Source of the DNA: Prochlorococcus sp. AG-409-G20
GTDB taxonomy: Bacteria > Cyanobacteriota > Cyanobacteriia > PCC-6307 > Cyanobiaceae
Length of the DNA stretch: 64,000 nt
Assembly (NCBI GenBank): GCA_003215775.1
Contig: QCJW01000008.1
Span: 2,833 to 66,832 of the forward strand
Reading direction: 5' to 3'
Shown here: positions 1-8,790 of the stretch, in pieces
How the letters are laid out: each line of letters opens with the position of its first letter
Numbering within the stretch: position 1 is the stretch's first letter
Program-made: the position numbers and the translations under genes
Notes under the pieces: generated by a model
Databases searched by the model: none
What the model was told of the DNA's origin: nothing
The model's input: the letters and a program-made list of their open reading frames with translations, nothing else

Positions 1-624
1 CAAAGACTGCATTACGCAGCATCTCTAGCTATTGGTCAGAGACAATCAATCAAAGTCATTGACCTTGGGGGGGGAATCGGCAACTACTACACATTACTCA
101 GAAGATTATTTCCAGAATGCAAACTCGATTACACATGTATCGACTTTGAAGTAGATCGACCTGCCAACTACAAAGAGATCTCTCCAGGCTTTCAACATAT
201 TAGTAATCTTGCACTTATCCAAGAACAATATTCATGCGACCTCTTTATTGCGAGTGGAGTCCTTCAATATATAAAAAGCAAAGAAATAGAGCTAATTAAG
301 AGAGCTATCGATTCCAGTCGAATAACTCTTATAGATCGAACCCCCTTAACCGATGATAAAAGCTTTTGGACAATACATACCCGTGCAGACTGCAGGCATG
401 CGTTTAAAATTTTCAACAAACAAGAACTACTAGATCTAGCTACACTTAACGAGCAGAGATGCATTCTCGCCGAAGGTATTTGCCCAGAAGACTGGATTAA
501 AGTATTCAATATGGAAGAATTTTACCCCGAAGCAACGACACTATTTAAATGGTATATCACGACCAAAGAACTCTCCTCCGACCCTGACAAGGGAATTAAC
601 TTTAAAGATTATACTATTTATTAG
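1..624 (+). CDS. Class I SAM-dependent methyltransferase, 5'-truncated by the window edge
   Basis: Frame 1 is open from base 1 to TAG at 622-624. It is absent from the ORF track because there is no in-window start. The translation contains VIDLGGGIGNYY (GxGxG SAM-binding motif I) and DLFIASGVLQYI (downstream acidic/hydrophobic motif). Confidence 0.6.
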   Translation, partial: QRLHYAASLAIGQRQSIKVIDLGGGIGNYYTLLRRLFPECKLDYTCIDFEVDRPANYKEISPGFQHISNLALIQEQYSCDLFIASGVLQYIKSKEIELIKRAIDSSRITLIDRTPLTDDKSFWTIHTRADCRHAFKIFNKQELLDLATLNEQRCILAEGICPEDWIKVFNMEEFYPEATTLFKWYITTKELSSDPDKGINFKDYTIY

Positions 625-873
625 TTTATCAACTAAGTCTACAGCCTGTTTGAACAATAACTACGATCGGCATAGGAAAACGATTCTCTTGCTATGAATC
701 ATTTAACAGGACGACGAAAAGATCAATCAAATCAAGCAATCAGTTTATTCATGCCAATTAAATTGTTAATCCTCTTATAAACAAATCAAAGAAAGATCTT
801 TTCGAGCGCATGACATCTCAAAAAGTGTTTACCATCCAACCGCTTGCAAGCAAAGACAGTTATAATTGATTTT

Positions 874-1002
874 ATGAACTCCGACAAACAACACGCAAAG
901 CTTCTCAAGCTTCAAGCCAAGGCTCAAAGCTGTATTACTCGTGATGAAGCTCAAAAGCTCATACGCAAATCAGATAAAGCCCATAAAAAACTTTCCTCAT
1001 AA
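874..1002 (+). CDS. Small hypothetical protein (42 aa, Lys-rich helical)
   Basis: ATG at 874 to TAA at 1000-1002, translating as MNSDKQHAKLLKLQAKAQSCITRDEAQKLIRKSDKAHKKLSS. A short GC hairpin plus T-run follows at 1033-1054. No homology recognised. Confidence 0.3.
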   Translation: MNSDKQHAKLLKLQAKAQSCITRDEAQKLIRKSDKAHKKLSS

Positions 1003-1032
1003 AACCAAGGAAGAAACAAGCTGTGACTTAGC

Positions 1033-1054
1033 CTGGCAAGGCCAGAATATTTTT
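1033..1054 (+). terminator. Weak intrinsic-terminator-like hairpin
   Basis: CTGGC-AAG-GCCAG stem-loop (1033-1045) followed by AATATTTTT. The stem is only 5 bp. Confidence 0.25.
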
Positions 1055-1197
1055 AATATGTATTCAAATAGCAAATAAATCAACAAACGTATTAATTGAT
1101 ATTCAATAAAAAAACTATGATTCCTTGAGCTCATTAGGCAGAGAAGGCATAATTCAAATACTTTGAAAGGGAATTAAATTAAAGTTTGTACAATATA

Positions 1198-1239
1198 GAC
1201 GCTAGAGTAGGCACTATATATAGCGCCTACTCTAGCGTC
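1198..1239. repeat. 42-bp near-perfect palindrome / long hairpin
   Basis: GACGCTAGAGTAGGC (1198-1212) is the exact reverse complement of GCCTACTCTAGCGTC (1225-1239). The centre, ACTATATATAGC, is self-complementary apart from one A/C mismatch. Confidence 0.85.
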
Positions 1240-1420
1240 ACGTACAAGATATTGTTTTAAAGGGCAGTCTGATCAGTTCAATTAACTAGTTAGAGTTGTA
1301 CGATCAAAAACATCCAACTTGCAGAGAAAAAACCATAGTGCGTTGCAGATATCATGAAAAATCAAACACGTTTTTTATATTTGAGTCAAAATAGACTCGT
1401 AGAGATTATTCAGTACTACC

Positions 1421-1732
1421 TTGACACTAAGCAAAAGCGTCGAAACTATTGATGGGCCTGATGCGCTCGATGTTGTCCCTGAATCTATAGAAAGCGCTAT
1501 CCAAGATGGGATAGACCTTAGTGGGACCCCTTTACCTAAAGACATGGTCACCTTCTATAAGGAGGTAATGCAAAAAGAAGCAGACAGGGTATGTCGAGTC
1601 AGAATCGCGATGAGAAAAAAAATCATTGCCATAGGGTCGAAACACTATGATCAGGAAACCCTCAACAAAAGACTTCTAGATGCTGGATGGGAAGGTTTAA
1701 AAGCTGCAGAAATTGCATATTTCTTTAGCTAA
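1421..1732 (+). CDS. Hypothetical protein (103 aa)
   Basis: ORF with a TTG start. No recognisable motif. Lies in the low-GC islet. Confidence 0.35.
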   Translation: MTLSKSVETIDGPDALDVVPESIESAIQDGIDLSGTPLPKDMVTFYKEVMQKEADRVCRVRIAMRKKIIAIGSKHYDQETLNKRLLDAGWEGLKAAEIAYFFS

Positions 1733-1832
1733 AAGCAATGACCAACTACTGCTTATAGAATAACTTGATTATTGTAGAATAATTTAAAACAAGTTTCTGT
1801 AACAGAAAAGTCAATCGTTCTGAAAGTAGATC

Positions 1833-2369
1833 ATGTACTCCAGCAATCGAAAAAAAGAAAAGAACAATGAAAGTATATTTTCTCATTTCATACTAATAGG
1901 AGTCTTACTTGTAGAAAGTTTCCTTAAGTTGATATATTTGCTCAATCCAACAACTAAAAGAAATAACTCAAAACAAAGCCATATAGATTATCAAAAACTT
2001 GAAATGGAAAGAAACGTATTAATAAATAAAAGTAATCAAGAACTGAAAGAACTTATTTCTGGTATTGACATAACATCTACGTTCTCTAAGGAGCAATTAG
2101 TTAATTTAATCCTTGGGAATCCAGATGCCATGCAACAATTCATCCTTATCGAGAGAAAATTAACGTTAGAAAAAATGACTAATCAAGAATTAAGATCTTT
2201 AATCATAGGTGGTGGCAATATCTCCAGACTGAAAAAGTCCGAATTGATAAATCTAATTCTAGATAATTATCAAAAGCGCACAGAGGATCATAAAGAAGAA
2301 CAGGCTGAAAGTGTTAATATTAATAAAATCAAAAATCTCGATCTATTAGAAAAAAGCCTGAATGAATAA
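1833..2369 (+). CDS. Hypothetical protein with an N-terminal hydrophobic segment and two HeH/Rho_N-like repeats
   Basis: 178-aa ORF. It has a hydrophobic stretch, IFSHFILIGVLLVESFLKLIYLL. The internal repeat NQELKELISGIDITSTFSKEQLVNLILGN / NQELRSLIIGGGNISRLKKSELINLILDN fits the helix-extended-helix pattern (L..L....gi.....+K.eLI.lIl). Confidence 0.5.
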   Translation: MYSSNRKKEKNNESIFSHFILIGVLLVESFLKLIYLLNPTTKRNNSKQSHIDYQKLEMERNVLINKSNQELKELISGIDITSTFSKEQLVNLILGNPDAMQQFILIERKLTLEKMTNQELRSLIIGGGNISRLKKSELINLILDNYQKRTEDHKEEQAESVNINKIKNLDLLEKSLNE

Positions 2370-2374
2370 ATTAA

Positions 2375-3346
2375 CTAATCTAAGCTATTTGAATTACTAG
2401 TTCTAGTTCTAGTCCATAGCTGACGTATATGCCTATCAAAATGTTCGGCCAAATCAGATGTTGACCAATATTTCCACCCGGCATGACTTCCTATGGATTT
2501 AGGATTATAAATGCTTTCACAAGCGAAAGTATCTGCAATACTTAAAGGAGCAGGCTCGATATACTTTTTTAGATGACGACTAAAAAATACATCTTCATGT
2601 TCTTCTTTTGGGCTTGAAGAAGAATTTTCTATGGAAATCCTTTCCATAAGTGATCTATGTCTAATACTTAATCCACCATTCCCATTCAAACAAGGATACA
2701 GATCTGGATGGGGATTCGCATGAATAGTAGTCTCAATTCCAAAAAAACCAGATAATTTCCCTTGCTTATCTACATCTTGAAAATATTCAACTCTTTTAGT
2801 AGGAAGAAAGGGAGCACCTAGATAGGCAAATTTAAAAAAATATTCTGATACTTTTTCAACTATTAAAGAATCAGTTTGAACTAAAAGAAGCTCTTCACAA
2901 GTTAGTTTTGACCAAAACAATGATGACTTCATCAATCGATTAAAACTTAATTGATCTCCCAATAAAGTATTGGGCCATAAATCATCGACTATCATCCAGC
3001 TTATATTCAGATCTAAATCCATACTTTTAATGAGGTCTTGACCCTTTTTCTTGTTTTCCTGATCGGTAATCAAAATTATTTGAGTATCATCAGGAGTCAT
3101 TAATATAGTATTTAATATTGTAAACAACCATTGATTAGATATTCTATTTTCAATTAGTAAGGCTTGGCGACAACAGATGGTATTAGTACTCTTCTGATTT
3201 TTCTGAAAATAAGGAATGAGAAAGGTTCTAAGGCAATATTCACAATGATTAGTCCAGAATTTCTCCCTATAGTCAAGAAGGGCAGGTAATGCTGACTGAT
3301 AGTGCTCATGACTTTTTATTTGACTATCTTTGGTACTACTGGACAT
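2375..3346 (-). CDS. DUF5672-like (glycosyltransferase-like) protein
   Basis: 323-aa ORF. The motif series LLLVQTDS ... YLGAPF ... NGNGGLSIRHRS ... EDVFFS ... FACES ... GSHAGWKY matches my recollection of the DUF5672 family signature. Confidence 0.5.
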   Translation of the reverse strand: MSSSTKDSQIKSHEHYQSALPALLDYREKFWTNHCEYCLRTFLIPYFQKNQKSTNTICCRQALLIENRISNQWLFTILNTILMTPDDTQIILITDQENKKKGQDLIKSMDLDLNISWMIVDDLWPNTLLGDQLSFNRLMKSSLFWSKLTCEELLLVQTDSLIVEKVSEYFFKFAYLGAPFLPTKRVEYFQDVDKQGKLSGFFGIETTIHANPHPDLYPCLNGNGGLSIRHRSLMERISIENSSSSPKEEHEDVFFSRHLKKYIEPAPLSIADTFACESIYNPKSIGSHAGWKYWSTSDLAEHFDRHIRQLWTRTRTSNSNSLD

Positions 3347-3563
3347 GAGCGCTAATCACAAAGACTTGGTTCATAAAGGAAGTAAACAATTCCAATAGAA
3401 TCATCAGGAATTATCATTATTAAACAATAAAGTCACTTACATCAAGGCTAAGTTAAATATCTTCAAATCATTAAAAGAAACAAAGCTCAAACACAATATG
3501 TTTATTATTTTATTTTAATTGTCGAAAATATCTATCTAATCATAATTTGAACTAAGAGCAATG

Positions 3564-4109
3564 CTAGTAGAAATTATGATTACTCCTGACTGAAAAATAA
3601 TAGAAGATTGTCACTAGAACTAAGAAAAGTAAAATAAACGGAAGTAATGACAATGTAAAGAAGATGGCAATAATAAAAAGTGATATAAAAAACCCAAACG
3701 ATACAAAAGCCAAGAGTACGAACAACCACCTTTTTAATCGATTAATCCAAAATGTTCCATTAAGTCTTTCTAGGCGAAATTGCAATGAGATCCGTTGTTT
3801 TTGCAATTCTATCAATTTAGTTTTATGCCAATTTGCTGAATCATTAGCCAATGAAAAATAAAATCTATTAGTCATACGTGACAATAGATTTCTATCACCG
3901 AAAACTTTTGTTCGTATACCTACAGAAGCAGCTTGAATCAGTGCTTCCTGAGTCTGCAATATCTGCCTATCAAGTAATTCAATCTCATTAGAAATATGAT
4001 CAATTAAATTTTGACTACTATTATTTCTAATAACAAGAGACTGACTATTATTAGATAGTTTTCTGAATCTATTTATAAAACTCATAGGTAAATATTTAGA
4101 AAAATGCAC
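3564..4109 (-). CDS. Hypothetical membrane protein (coiled-coil N-terminus, very hydrophobic C-terminus)
   Basis: 181-aa ORF. The C-terminal roughly 55 residues (WLFVLLAFVSFGFFISLFIIAIFFTLSLLPFILLFLVLVTIFYYF) look like two transmembrane helices. Confidence 0.45.
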   Translation of the reverse strand: MHFSKYLPMSFINRFRKLSNNSQSLVIRNNSSQNLIDHISNEIELLDRQILQTQEALIQAASVGIRTKVFGDRNLLSRMTNRFYFSLANDSANWHKTKLIELQKQRISLQFRLERLNGTFWINRLKRWLFVLLAFVSFGFFISLFIIAIFFTLSLLPFILLFLVLVTIFYYFSVRSNHNFY

Positions 4110-4146
4110 AATCTAAACATATGAATAAGAAATTGATAAGAATCAT

Positions 4147-4332
4147 TCAATAATGATTAGATTGTCTCTCCTTAGTTCTCAAGTCATAAGTCGATTGATT
4201 ATCTGGAACCTTTCCTTCTATAAAGCGAGTAAATAGCATTAAAAGTCTCCCAAAAAAAGGCACCCAAACTAATTCATACGCGTTTCGTAAAAGTTTTTCC
4301 ATGTCATTAGGCACTCTAAACTGAAAACTCAA
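4147..4332 (-). CDS. Small hypothetical protein
   Basis: 61-aa ORF with a TTG start and an internal ATG at residue 11. No motif. Confidence 0.2.
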   Translation of the reverse strand: MSFQFRVPNDMEKLLRNAYELVWVPFFGRLLMLFTRFIEGKVPDNQSTYDLRTKERQSNHY

Positions 4333-4516
4333 TAGCTATGAACTAACATCATATTAGAAATCAAGCAAGGCTGCAGTGAATCGTAAGGGTTCTAAAAGAT
4401 CAGAAGTATATAAAATATTAGATTTGAATAGATTCCAAATTGACCTCATATTTCTCATCCATTGACATATGGGCTTAATCAAAATTCAAACAATAGCCAG
4501 GTTAGTGATAGTGGCG

Positions 4517-4720
4517 CTAATCATCGAATTCAGGTTTTTGCTTTTTCTTGACCTTACCTGCAAGCAATTGATAAAGAGCATCGAGTGATGCATGTACCTC
4601 CTTCAGCTCGGAAACCTCTGGAAGCAATCCATCTTCCTTGAGCATCTGATGCATATCTCTCAGTTCTTGTCGGATATAGCGAAGATGAGAAATCACCTCT
4701 TCTCTTTTACTAGTGGACAT
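4517..4720 (-). CDS. Small hypothetical helical protein
   Basis: 67-aa ATG ORF, charged and helical with a Lys-rich tail. No motif. Confidence 0.4.
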   Translation of the reverse strand: MSTSKREEVISHLRYIRQELRDMHQMLKEDGLLPEVSELKEVHASLDALYQLLAGKVKKKQKPEFDD

Positions 4721-5280
4721 TCGTGCTGAAGCGTTGAGAACAATTAACTAACCACATTATCTATATTTTAGGTGGTGACTATTAAATAAATCTAATTTAA
4801 TCAATGCTAACCTAAGATGGCACTGTGGCATCCCAATAGATACATTGATTTGCATTAAGCCTTAATGAAAAATTTTTTCCTTTAATGACAAAAGCTCTCA
4901 ATAAAGTCACTAAAGTCTAGATATAGAGTATTCGATTTACTGATCGGCGAAAGATTGTGAAAAAGTTTAGGAAAAAGAAGTCTGACTGGAGGCAGCCAAG
5001 AGCCAATACTCACCGAAACATCGTCCAGTGACGCAAATGTGAATCAAGGCAAGAAAAATCTTAAAATCATTGAAGTAAGTTTCAACCAAAAGAACGTCGA
5101 CTTTGTTGAATTTCAATATGGGAATGTGAATTTCTTCTTAATAGTAAATTACTTTCATTCTAAAAGGCATAATCTTGCATCATTCACGGACTCATCAAGA
5201 AAAGGAATATTTAGTTTAAAAACCTAATTAATCAATGATTCCTATCAGTAGGTCTCATATGTTATCTAAATAATCATAAT

Positions 5281-6522
5281 TTAAGTCGTATAGTCGGCAT
5301 TAATCCGTACATATTTTTCTGATAAGTCACATCCCCATGCTCTTGCCGAGCCTGATCCCTTGCCAATTGATAACCGTATCAAGACACAGTCACTTTCAAG
5401 ATAATCTCCCTTCATGCACAGTTTCATATATTCTTTAACCGTTTCACAATCATATTGAATCGGCTGTCCATTACTTAATAACTGATAAGGACCAAACCAA
5501 AGGCATACTTCTTCAGACCTAAATGAAACTCCGGCTCTCCCGGCAGCTGCAATTATTCTTCCCCAGTTCGGATCACAGCCATTCAAAGCCGCTTTCACTA
5601 ATGATGAACTTACTATTGTGCGAGCAATTAATAATGCATCGTGATCAGAATTTGTTCCAACAACATTTACCTCGAGCAAGATATTTGCACCTTCTCCATC
5701 TCTAGCTATTGCCTTAGCTAAATACTTAGTTAACTCCAAAAGACCATTTTCTAACGAATTCCAATATTTTTTATCTAAATCCTTACCTGCATTAAACGCC
5801 AGAAATGTATCATTTGTACTGGTATCACCATCAACACTAATTGAATTAAAAGATTTCTCAACAGCTCTTTTAACCATTGGTCTCCAAATATTTTCAGGTA
5901 TCGCAGCATCGCAGGTTAAATACGCCAACATAGTTGCCATGTTGGGATGAATCATTCCCGAACCTTTTGCCATTCCACCAATGCGAACAATCTGTCCACC
6001 CAAATCAGCCTTGAGAGCGCATTCCTTCTGAACAAGATCTGTGGTCAAAATTGCTTTAGCAGCATTGGAGCCTCCATTCTCATTCAGTGCTTCAATTAAT
6101 GGATCTATTGCTTTTAAAAGTTTGTGCATAGGTATAGGCACACCTATAACACCGGTTGAATTAATCAAAACTTCCTGAGGTTTTAATCCTAGCTTCTCTG
6201 CAACGACCTGCGTTGCCAGCAGATTAGCCTCAGAGCCAGCATCTCCTGTACATGCATTTGCTTGACCAGAGTTAATCATTACTGCTCTTACCCTTCCACC
6301 TGTTTCCCTTAAACGTTTTTGAGATAAGTCAATACAAGAAGCCCTAACGAAGGACTCAGTAAAAGTTCCACAACAAACGGCACCGTCAGGAGCAAGTAAT
6401 AGAGCAAGGTCTAAATCATTAGATTCTTTGAACCCAGCTCGTCTTGCAGATGCCTTAAATCCTTCTGGCGCAGTCACCCCGCCTGGGATTAGCGACCATA
6501 AAGCAGAACCAAGGAGGCTCAA
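5281..6522 (-). CDS. argJ: Bifunctional ornithine acetyltransferase / N-acetylglutamate synthase
   Basis: 413 aa. Contains GGMAKGSGMIHPNMATMLAYLTCDA, which includes the autoproteolytic ATML site typical of ArgJ. TTG start. Confidence 0.95.
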   Translation of the reverse strand: MSLLGSALWSLIPGGVTAPEGFKASARRAGFKESNDLDLALLLAPDGAVCCGTFTESFVRASCIDLSQKRLRETGGRVRAVMINSGQANACTGDAGSEANLLATQVVAEKLGLKPQEVLINSTGVIGVPIPMHKLLKAIDPLIEALNENGGSNAAKAILTTDLVQKECALKADLGGQIVRIGGMAKGSGMIHPNMATMLAYLTCDAAIPENIWRPMVKRAVEKSFNSISVDGDTSTNDTFLAFNAGKDLDKKYWNSLENGLLELTKYLAKAIARDGEGANILLEVNVVGTNSDHDALLIARTIVSSSLVKAALNGCDPNWGRIIAAAGRAGVSFRSEEVCLWFGPYQLLSNGQPIQYDCETVKEYMKLCMKGDYLESDCVLIRLSIGKGSGSARAWGCDLSEKYVRINADYTT

Positions 6523-6561
6523 AATATTAAAACAATTAATGAACTAATATCATCATGAAGC

Positions 6562-7215
6562 ATGACGTGCAATCTTGATTACCCCCAATCGTCACCTCGC
6601 TGGCAGGGTCCCCAAAGACGCATAGGTCTTACTGGGGGTATTGCAAGTGGAAAATCTAGTATTGGAAAATTTTTAAAAGACGTCAAAAAGTTACCTGTTC
6701 TTGATGCAGATATATACGCCCACGAAAGTCTTGCTCCTGGGAAAGAGTCAACAAGAAAAGTAATTAATCGATACGGAAACCAAATATTAATTACAGATAA
6801 ATCAGACAAGCCTAAAATTGATCGCAAAAAACTAGCTAACATTATATTTAATAATAAGGTTGAGAGAGAATGGCTGGAAGAAATTATTCACCCTGTTGTC
6901 ATTAATAGACTACATAAAGAGCTAAAAATAAACAAAGATAAGCAAGTAATTGTACTAATAATACCCCTCTTATTTGAGGCAAATCTTACAGGTCTATGTA
7001 GCGAGATATGGATTGCTAATTGCAAATTAGAACAGCAGATAGATAGATTAAGGATTCGTGATCATTTAACACATGAAGAAGCAGTCAAAAGAATCAATAG
7101 CCAATGGCCAATCAAGACTAAACTCAAAAGGGCCGACGCAGTAATAGATAACAGCGGAACAATTGACTGCTGGAAGAATGAAGTTGAGTATCAATTACAA
7201 GGACTATCCTTTTAA
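6562..7215 (+). CDS. coaE: Dephospho-CoA kinase
   Basis: 217 aa. P-loop IGLTGGIASGKSS and CoaE-like length and layout. Confidence 0.9.
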   Translation: MTCNLDYPQSSPRWQGPQRRIGLTGGIASGKSSIGKFLKDVKKLPVLDADIYAHESLAPGKESTRKVINRYGNQILITDKSDKPKIDRKKLANIIFNNKVEREWLEEIIHPVVINRLHKELKINKDKQVIVLIIPLLFEANLTGLCSEIWIANCKLEQQIDRLRIRDHLTHEEAVKRINSQWPIKTKLKRADAVIDNSGTIDCWKNEVEYQLQGLSF

Positions 7216-8682
7216 CTTCTCGGCTAGGATTTTATTAGCTAACTTCGGATCAGCTTTTCCACCTGTTTGTTTCATTAGTTGACCCACAAAAAAACCTTGT
7301 AATTTATATTTTCCAGACCGGAAAGATTCCACCTCTTTAGGGTAAGACTCTAATAGTTGAATAATGATTTTTGTTATTTCCTCAGGGTCACTAATCATCC
7401 CTAGGCCTTTTTCCTCAACAATCTTCTTAGGAGATGCACCACTAAGAAGTAGCTCAGGCAAAATATCTTTAGCAATCTTTCCACTAATCTTGCCTTTATT
7501 AATCAAGTTAATCATTTCTGCAAGCCCTGCAGGCTGGAAACATAAATCTGAAAAAGACAACCTTTTTGAATTCACATAAGCTGATAAATCACCTGTGATC
7601 CAATTTGATGCAGATTTTGCATCTGCTCCAGCTTCCACTGCAGCTTCAAAATATTCCGCCATATTTAATTCATCTGTCAAAACCCTTGCGTCATATGCAG
7701 ACAGACCTAGTTCTTTAGAGAATCGATGACGTTTTGCTGAAGGTAATTCTGGTAATTGATTTCTCCAATTCTCCTTAATCTTTTCAGTAATCTCTATAGG
7801 TCCTAAGTCTGGATCAGGGAAGTAACGATAATCGCTACTTCCTTCTTTAGAGCGCATACTCTTTGTTAATTGCTTACTTTCATCCCATAAACGCGTTTCC
7901 TGTATCACAGCTTCACCTGCTTCATAAGCCTTAATTTGCCGACCAATCTCGTATTCACAAGCTTTTTGAATAGCACTAAAAGAATTCATGTTCTTAATCT
8001 CAACCTTTGTCCCAAAAGGTGCTTCAGAGCTAGGTCGCACAGAAATATTGACATCACAACGTAATGAACCTTCTTGCATATTTCCGTCTGAAACTCCTAA
8101 ATAACGCATTATTCGGCGAATTTCTGAAGCATATTCAGCTGCCTCTCTACCAGTTCGCAAATCAGGCTTACTAACTATCTCTGCTAGAGCAACACCAGCT
8201 CTGTTGTAATCAACAAGAGAATATTTTGAACCTGCAAGTCGATCACTCCCGGCATGAACCAACTTTCCTGCATCTTCTTCCATATGAAGCCGCTCTATAC
8301 CAATTTTCTTTAAATAAGTTTCCTGACCTTTCTCAACAACCTCAATCTCAATCCAACCTTCCTCTGCAATAGGTTCATCAAATTGAGAAATTTGATAATT
8401 TTTAGGCAAATCAGGATAGAAATACTGTTTACGATCAAACTTACTATGTTGGGCAATAGTCAAATTCAAAGCCATCGCAGCCTTCACGGCATACTCAAGA
8501 ACTTTCTGATTAAGCACTGGGAGTGTTCCAGGTAATCCACAAACTATTGGATCAATATGTGTATTGGGTTCATCTCCAAAGGCGGTAGAAGCATTAGTAA
8601 AAATTTTGCTATTGGTACCCAACTGAACATGGGTCTCCAAACCAATTACAGCCTCCCAAGCAGTATCAGTAGTTGATGACAT
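7204..8682 (-). CDS. gatB: Asp/Glu-tRNA(Asn/Gln) amidotransferase subunit B
   Basis: 492 aa. N-terminal WEAVIGLETHVQL and a GatB/YqeY-type C-terminus. Confidence 0.95.
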   Translation of the reverse strand: MSSTTDTAWEAVIGLETHVQLGTNSKIFTNASTAFGDEPNTHIDPIVCGLPGTLPVLNQKVLEYAVKAAMALNLTIAQHSKFDRKQYFYPDLPKNYQISQFDEPIAEEGWIEIEVVEKGQETYLKKIGIERLHMEEDAGKLVHAGSDRLAGSKYSLVDYNRAGVALAEIVSKPDLRTGREAAEYASEIRRIMRYLGVSDGNMQEGSLRCDVNISVRPSSEAPFGTKVEIKNMNSFSAIQKACEYEIGRQIKAYEAGEAVIQETRLWDESKQLTKSMRSKEGSSDYRYFPDPDLGPIEITEKIKENWRNQLPELPSAKRHRFSKELGLSAYDARVLTDELNMAEYFEAAVEAGADAKSASNWITGDLSAYVNSKRLSFSDLCFQPAGLAEMINLINKGKISGKIAKDILPELLLSGASPKKIVEEKGLGMISDPEEITKIIIQLLESYPKEVESFRSGKYKLQGFFVGQLMKQTGGKADPKLANKILAEKLKG

Positions 8683-8715
8683 AGGAATCTAAATACACAC
8701 ACAAATACTATGGAA

Positions 8716-8729
8716 TAGTCTGCAGACTA
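8716..8729. promoter_or_regulatory. Perfect 14-bp palindrome in the gatB/thiO divergent intergenic region (candidate operator)
   Basis: TAGTCTGCAGACTA equals its own reverse complement. It lies 34 nt from the gatB start and 62 nt from the thiO start. Confidence 0.3.
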
Positions 8730-8790
8730 GCTCGACCAATGAATTGCTCTACAGACAATTCTAAACAAGCAAGCCAAGAGAGCTAAGAAG

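Noticed and set aside
264-509. 81-aa minus-strand ORF from the track
   Set aside because: It lies entirely antisense to the open frame-1 methyltransferase reading frame (1-624), which has clear SAM-binding motifs. Its own translation is low-complexity Ser/Leu/Ile with no motif.
3664-3861. 65-aa plus-strand ORF
   Set aside because: Antisense shadow inside the longer 3564-4109 membrane-protein ORF. No motif.
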